NCBI RefSeq assembly: GCF_006345805.1
Contig: NC_043004.1
Coordinates: 26,288,001-26,352,000 of the forward strand
Direction of reading: 5' to 3'
From: Octopus sinensis
Taxonomy: Eukaryota
DNA length: 64,000 nucleotides
Shown: in pieces, positions 58,351-64,000 of the stretch
Layout of the letters: every line of letters begins with the position of its first letter
Position numbering within the stretch: the first letter of the stretch is position 1
The notes under the pieces: generated by a model
What the model saw: the letters and a program-made list of their open reading frames with translations, nothing else
What the model was told of the DNA's origin: nothing
The model's database searches: none
Position numbers and translations under genes: made by a program

Positions 58351-58687
58351 AAAAAAAAAAAATTTAATAGCTCATTATTTGTAGATTCTATTATTTTCTC
58401 AGAATTCTCTTGAACTAATAACGGCCATCATGGCAGGCCCATCACCAAAGTATTGTTAATAGTAGAACATCAAATCCAGTGGAGAGGAGTATCAGGCCCA
58501 AAGCATAGCCTGTTGGTAGAAGTGCATTTTTTTACCTTAAAATTAGTTCCTGTCACATTCACAGATGGAGGAAGGGAGTGAATAGCTTTTGGTGAGGGGG
58601 AGAGTAAGGTCTCACTACCGCAGTCTCCGCCTTGGCGATTGGCCAGCATGCCCTGGTTTCCAAGTCACCCTTTGCCACTGATATATA

Positions 58688-59896
58688 TACATGAGTGGCT
58701 GCTGTAAATTTCTGGCTTTAAGGGTATCGCAAAAGGGTAGAGCTGTTACCTTTACAGAAGAGGCAGGACAACTACTTAGGAGGAGATATGGAAAAAAATC
58801 ATGATGGTATACTATATATCTTTTTCTGTTTTGCAGATTTAACACATAAAGGCAGCTCCTACTGTGGATTTTGATGAAATTGAATCATGGGCAAGCACGA
58901 AATTCCTCTTTTTGCAAGTCAAAGGATTGGAGGAAATCTATGGTAAAATTAAGGAAGTTTTGAAGGATGGCTGCCCATCTCACTCCACAGTGAAAATCTG
59001 GGTATCAAAGTTTTGGACTGGTTATTTTGAGGTCACAGATGAACTCTGGTCAGGACAGCCAACTTCTGCAACCATGTCCTGATTCTTGAGGACTGCTGGA
59101 TTTCAACTCATAGCTGGGACTGAGGATTTCTCATAAAAGAGTTGGCCACATCATCCACAACAATCTGGATATGAAAAAGCTTTCCATAAAATGGGTGCCA
59201 AAATGCCTAAGCACAGAGTGACAATATCAAAAGTGATTTTGGACCAGTTTGCAGTGGAAAAGGCTGATTTCATGGCTCATTTAGTCACCATGGATGAAAC
59301 TTGGCTTCCTCATTATGACACCCAGACCAAACAGCAACCAATGGAGTGGTGCCACAGTGGTTCACCACATCCCAAGAAATTTCAGACCCAGAACTCAGCT
59401 GGAAAGATTCTGGCTTCAGTATTCTGGGACAAAGACAGAGTACTCCTCATAAAATACCTTCCATAGCATCACACCATCAATACAGAATGTATGTCTCTGC
59501 TGGATGAACTGCACGAAGCTTTGAAGCAGAAATGCTATGAAAAACTGAGCACACACAGCACCTGAAACTCTACAGAAAATATGTACATTTGGCTTCGAAT
59601 TGGTACAACAGCCACCTTACTCTCCTGACTAGGCCCCCTCTATGTATCATCTCTTTCTACAACTGAAGAAACATGTGAAGGGAATGAAATTTCACTTGAA
59701 TTTGAAAGTGATTGCTGCTACAGAGGTCTAGCTGGCAGCTCAACCTTTTAAGTTCTTTTTATAGGGCTTAGAAAAATTGAAGGGCCACTGCAGTGTGTGC
59801 GTGAATCTGAGAGGGGAATATACTGAATAAAATCATAAGTGATCCGCCTGTATTTTCTTTCATCCAAAGAAAGGAACTTTTCAGCACCCACTTGTA
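58688..59896 (+). mobile_element. Mariner-type transposon relic with degenerate TIRs
   Basis: PSHSTVKIWVSKF, VTMDETWLPHYD, SAGKILASVFWD, PPYSPDL; termini TA-catgagtggctgctg and cagcacccacttg-TA. Confidence 0.85.
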
Positions 59897-60539
59897 CATA
59901 TAGACAATGGTTGACATTGACTACATACTAATATCTAAACATTGTCAGTGGTTGATGTTGATCTCCTGGTTATATTTATAGATGGGCAATAAAAAAAAGC
60001 AACTGCACAATAGGTATAGCAAAAGTGTAACATAGTCAACTATGCAACCAGCAGTGTAGGAATGTGACACAATCAATTGATAATACAAAAGTTATTCATT
60101 TTATATTCCCCAAAAAGCTGGAGTGAAAAGTTAATCTTGAGGAACAAGAATTGTATTTTAGGCGTAACACACTAGTAAGATTGTGGAGGAGGACGTTAGT
60201 TGATTACATCAACCCTAGTACTTGAATGTCCCCCTCCACCACCACAAAAAAAAAGATGAAAAGTTGACTTTAATAAGATTTGAAGTGAGAACATGGTGAG
60301 AAATTAGTTTATTAAATGGACTCTAGTGGCAAGTACTTTAATGATTTGACCAATCCATTACCCAAAAGGCTAAACATTTTGAAGAGATGATATAATGAAA
60401 TATAAGGGGTTTTGTAAAATTGCCAACAATAGCAGGAAACCTGCAAGGAAACACCCTAGCTCTTTTTAGCTTTGTGATTGTAGTGGAAAGTCTCGACTCC
60501 ATCTAAGCAAAGCCTCACCATTAAGCAAAAGTAAACAAG

Positions 60540-61030
60540 ATACCAGCATAACTTGTTTCTCCCCAACCTTACTATGTTGATGATCTTGCCCTCACAGTTC
60601 ATCAACTGTGCAATGCACAAGATTTGTTAGCAACCCCTGACAATACTGCAGGATATGTCAGACTGTTTATCAATGCAAAGAAGACTGAATACATGACCAT
60701 CAATCAAGATGAAAGCTATCTGTTAATCCGTTCTAATGATGGCACACAACTCATGTGGTTAGTAACTTGAAATAGCTGGAGTTGTATGTTGCTGACAGTA
60801 AGAAAGACTTCTTTACACAGAAGGGACTAGCCTACAGTGTCTGTAACAAACTTCAAAACATTTATCAATCAATCATTTCAAAGTCAACAGTACTGGCCTT
60901 CTTCACATATACATAGAGAGCATTCTGAGGAACTAAAACCTGTACCATAAAAGTACTTTAAGATTACCTTGCTAGTACATACACCAGGCTTCTCATGAAG
61001 GCTGAAAAAAAATCTTCTGGCACAAGACTA
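60540..61030 (+). mobile_element. Degraded LINE RT fragment
   Basis: YVDDLAL...LFINAKKTEYM. Confidence 0.6.
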
Positions 61031-61599
61031 CAGAGGAATAATAATAACTTTTTCTGCAATAGATACAAGGCCTGAAATTTTGAGGAAGGGTGAGTGTCAA
61101 TTACACTGAAACTAGTGTTTAAATGGTAGTTATATCAATGGCTCTAAAATGACGAAAGGGAAAGTTAACCTTGTTGGAATTCAAACTCAATGTAAAAAAC
61201 AAGAAGAACTGTTACTAAGCATTTCATCCAATGTGCTAACATTGCCTAATAATAATGATTTCTTTTATTGGCCACATGGACCTAAGACATGGAGAGCAAC
61301 ATCAAAGAACTAGTTATAACACATAAAAGCAGGTGGTCTTACATTGATCAAAGGGGAAGTGTGCAGGACAACTTAACACTGCCGACTCAATGCCAGGAAA
61401 ATTGATTAAAAAATAATTTATTCGCTTTATAACATTATCAGGTATTTATAAAAGGTTAGTTTAATACATGACATAAATTTTAAAATTCAAATAAAAGTAA
61501 TTGAGAAATTATATATTTTTAATACAAGGCTAAAATTTAAATGAGAAATTTATTGAAAGTTGTATGAAATTCCCTTAAAATATTCTGTGGGAGATCATT

Positions 61600-62885
61600 C
61601 TGAAAAAGATGAAACAATATGCAGAATTCTATCATCTATCTTCATATACTTCTTCAGTTTAGGAGGAAGGAGATGACTTCCAATCAGTTACTCAAAAAAT
61701 ACATTTGTTTCTTTGCACCGTATGTAGCCCATTTATGAATCTCTATATTGTGGGGAGCTCCATTCCCAGCTCTATTTGGATTCTTCTATTTGCTGCTTCA
61801 GTATGGTTATTTGTCCAGTCTTCCCCGAGCAACGTCCTCTTGCAAACATTCCACATTTCATGGAGGAAGGGTGAGGGTCTTCTATTTCCACGTAGATTTG
61901 GTCTTCCAATATAGGTATCTTCGAACAAATTCAGCAGTGCTGCAAGTTCTTCAGGTATATCCGCAGAGAGGGCGTCAATATACATATCAATATGTGGAAA
62001 AGGAACAAATGCTAAACTTAATATCATCTTGGCTTTTAGTGTAAAGGTACCATTGTTGTTGTACATAGAATTGTAACTCATGGCAGCTATCTTTTTGTGC
62101 ATATTTTGTGCTAAATGGAAAAAATATCCTTTTATTTCAAATTCTGAAAAAGCTTCCTTCATGGCTTTAAAGGCTGCATGTTCGAAATCGCAAATAATAA
62201 ATGTTGGGTTTAGTGTTGGCTCAGCATCTTTGAGCATTTCAAACATCTTTGCATAAGTTAATCACTGCTTGTTTGGCAAAAGAGAATAGGCCACCACAAG
62301 ACCATCGAATTTCTTTGCAAGAATGAATGTAAACTTGTGAAAATAATCTTGAAGAATGTAAATGCTGCAGCCAACTTTCTCTCCCAAAAAGCAAAATTCT
62401 ATAGAGTCTGGGGCCACTATAGCCGATCAGGAAATTTTCTTCTCTTCCTTCCTCAGAAATGTAAATTTTGTACTGGTGTGGCAGCTCTAAGCCTTGAAGA
62501 TCTACAGGACACAGAGGTGGGGTACTTAAGGCTCTCCTTTTGTGTTTTATAGTTTTCCTCATGGCTGAAGCATCTGGCAATGATCCAAGTGTCACCCGAG
62601 AGGCATTTGTTAATACTTCACTTATTACTGCACTTGGCTTTTCAATAGTGTCTTCGGCATGACGTTTCAAGGTTGTGTGCACTTTAGCCGCTTTTATATT
62701 AACTGCACATGAATTATGGTGATGTGCATTTCCTTCCTTGATAACTGCACCAAACTTCATATGAATCCTTGCATTGCATCTAGAACCTTGATCACAACAA
62801 CAAAATTTTATATTGTTATCACTCTTACTAAACTTATGAAATACAAATAAATGTCCTTTATATGTAATTTTTTCTTGTCCTCATT
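61600..62885 (-). mobile_element. Mutator-like (MULE) transposase relic with N-terminal FLYWCH-like finger
   Basis: GHLFVFHKFSKSDNNIKFCCCDQGSRCNARIH...HHH; IICDFEHAAFKAMKEAF...KGYFFHLAQNM; WTNNHTEAANRR; frameshifts. Confidence 0.85.
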
Positions 62886-62920
62886 GACTAAGAATTTCCA
62901 TTATTATTATTATCATCATC

Positions 62921-63120
62921 AAGGCGACAAGCTGGCAGAATCATTAGCATGACAGGTGAAATGCTTAGTGATATTTCATCCATCTTTACATTCTGGGTTC
63001 AAATTCTGCTGAGATCGACTGTCCTTTTTGTCCTTTCGGGGTTGATAAAAGAAATACCAGTGAAACACTGGGGTCGATGTAATCAACTAGTTCCATCCCC
63101 ATAAAACATCTGGCCATGTA
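62921..63120 (+). mobile_element. tRNA-type SINE
   Basis: aaggcgacaagctggcagaatcattagc...ttctgggttcaaattctgctgag. Confidence 0.8.
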
Positions 63121-63149
63121 TCTTTAACAGGAAGAATTAATATTATTAC

Positions 63150-63606
63150 CACACCAGTGTTGCATAACCAGCCCGCTCAAAAGTACCTTGAATCGTAGGG
63201 CAACATGCTGTGCTTGAGATGACCTATTTAGTCAAGTACATCAACATCAGCAATATCAAAATCAAATCAAATGGAAATTGTAGTTGTGAGCCCCATGCCA
63301 GTAGCACATAAAAAGCACCATCTGAACGTGGCCGATGCCAGTGCCGCTTTGACTGGCTTCCATGCCAGTGGCATGTAAAAAGCACCATCCGATCGTGGTC
63401 AATGCCAGGTCCTCTGGTCCCTGTGCCAGTGGCACATAAAAAACACCCTCTACACTCTCAGAGTGGTTGGCATTAGGAGGTGCATCCAACTGTAGAAACA
63501 CTGCCAGATCAGATTGGGGCCTGGTGTAGCCTCCTGGGTTCCCAGACCCCAGTCGAACTGTCCAACCCATGCCAGTATGGAAAACGGATGTTAAACGATG
63601 ATGATG
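63150..63606 (+). mobile_element. RTE LINE 3' UTR/tail
   Basis: Same family as 44900-45281 and 34100-34520. Confidence 0.85.
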
Positions 63607-64000
63607 GTGTAATCCAACTTTCAAAATTTCTACATCTTAATGTCAATCTCAAGAGCTGTGACTGCCAATAACGGTAGAAAAATATGAATTCTTAATATTC
63701 CTTCTTTGAATGGTTTAGAGCAATCTAATTACCTTCGACACAAGCTAAATAGGCCATTATGACCAAAAAAATAATTGCAACAAACTGCTAAATTGAAGAA
63801 GCTTGGGACGATCGTGAAGCAAACAGCCCACTGTTCTGGAATACACACACACACATATAGATATAATTACATCCTTTATAAGTTACTTTTATTCGAATTT
63901 TAAAAGTTCTGCTTTTTTTTTTTATTCAAGCCATGTATTCAGATTAATCTTTTTATAAATTTCTGGTAATGTTATAAAACGAATAAAGTTATAAAATGAG

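Noticed and set aside
49274-64000. COPS2 first coding exon (expected MSD...DY(D/E)L followed by GT)
   Set aside because: No acidic ~18-codon segment with a donor was found by eye; ORF 54182-54373 (MEEEVW) starts at TTG and does not match.

Overview
AT-rich eukaryotic (metazoan) genomic DNA dense in microsatellites and transposon relics. The SINE/LINE families look like those of octopus genomes as I recall them; this is an inference, not a database result. One host gene is present: COP9 signalosome subunit 2 (COPS2/CSN2) on the minus strand. I resolved 12 coding exons by hand between 49273 and 28557, all with GT-AG borders and consistent phases (1281 nt = 426 codons + stop). The first coding exon (about 18 codons) was not found and probably lies beyond 64000. 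The rest is Gypsy, pogo, mariner, Tc1, hAT and MULE relics, RTE, R4/Dong-like and Tx1-like LINEs, Penelope-like elements (PLEs) and tRNA-type SINEs. The top finding is a type I hammerhead ribozyme motif (32691-32769) in the sense orientation of a COPS2 intron. It has a palindromic stem III, an extended stem I and one stem II mismatch, and it sits in a highly structured ~350-bp A-B-A partial tandem unit resembling a non-LTR retrozyme. Other observations: several decayed PLE hammerheads; a recurrent inverted duplication abutting (TA)n; a frame-compatible 10/13-nt micro-exon candidate 27 nt behind COPS2 exon 8; two codons where one A-to-I edit would restore the conserved residue; and a near-perfect 1.07-kb duplication bounded by (CA)n tracts. 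Repeat boundaries are approximate; exon boundaries were counted base by base.
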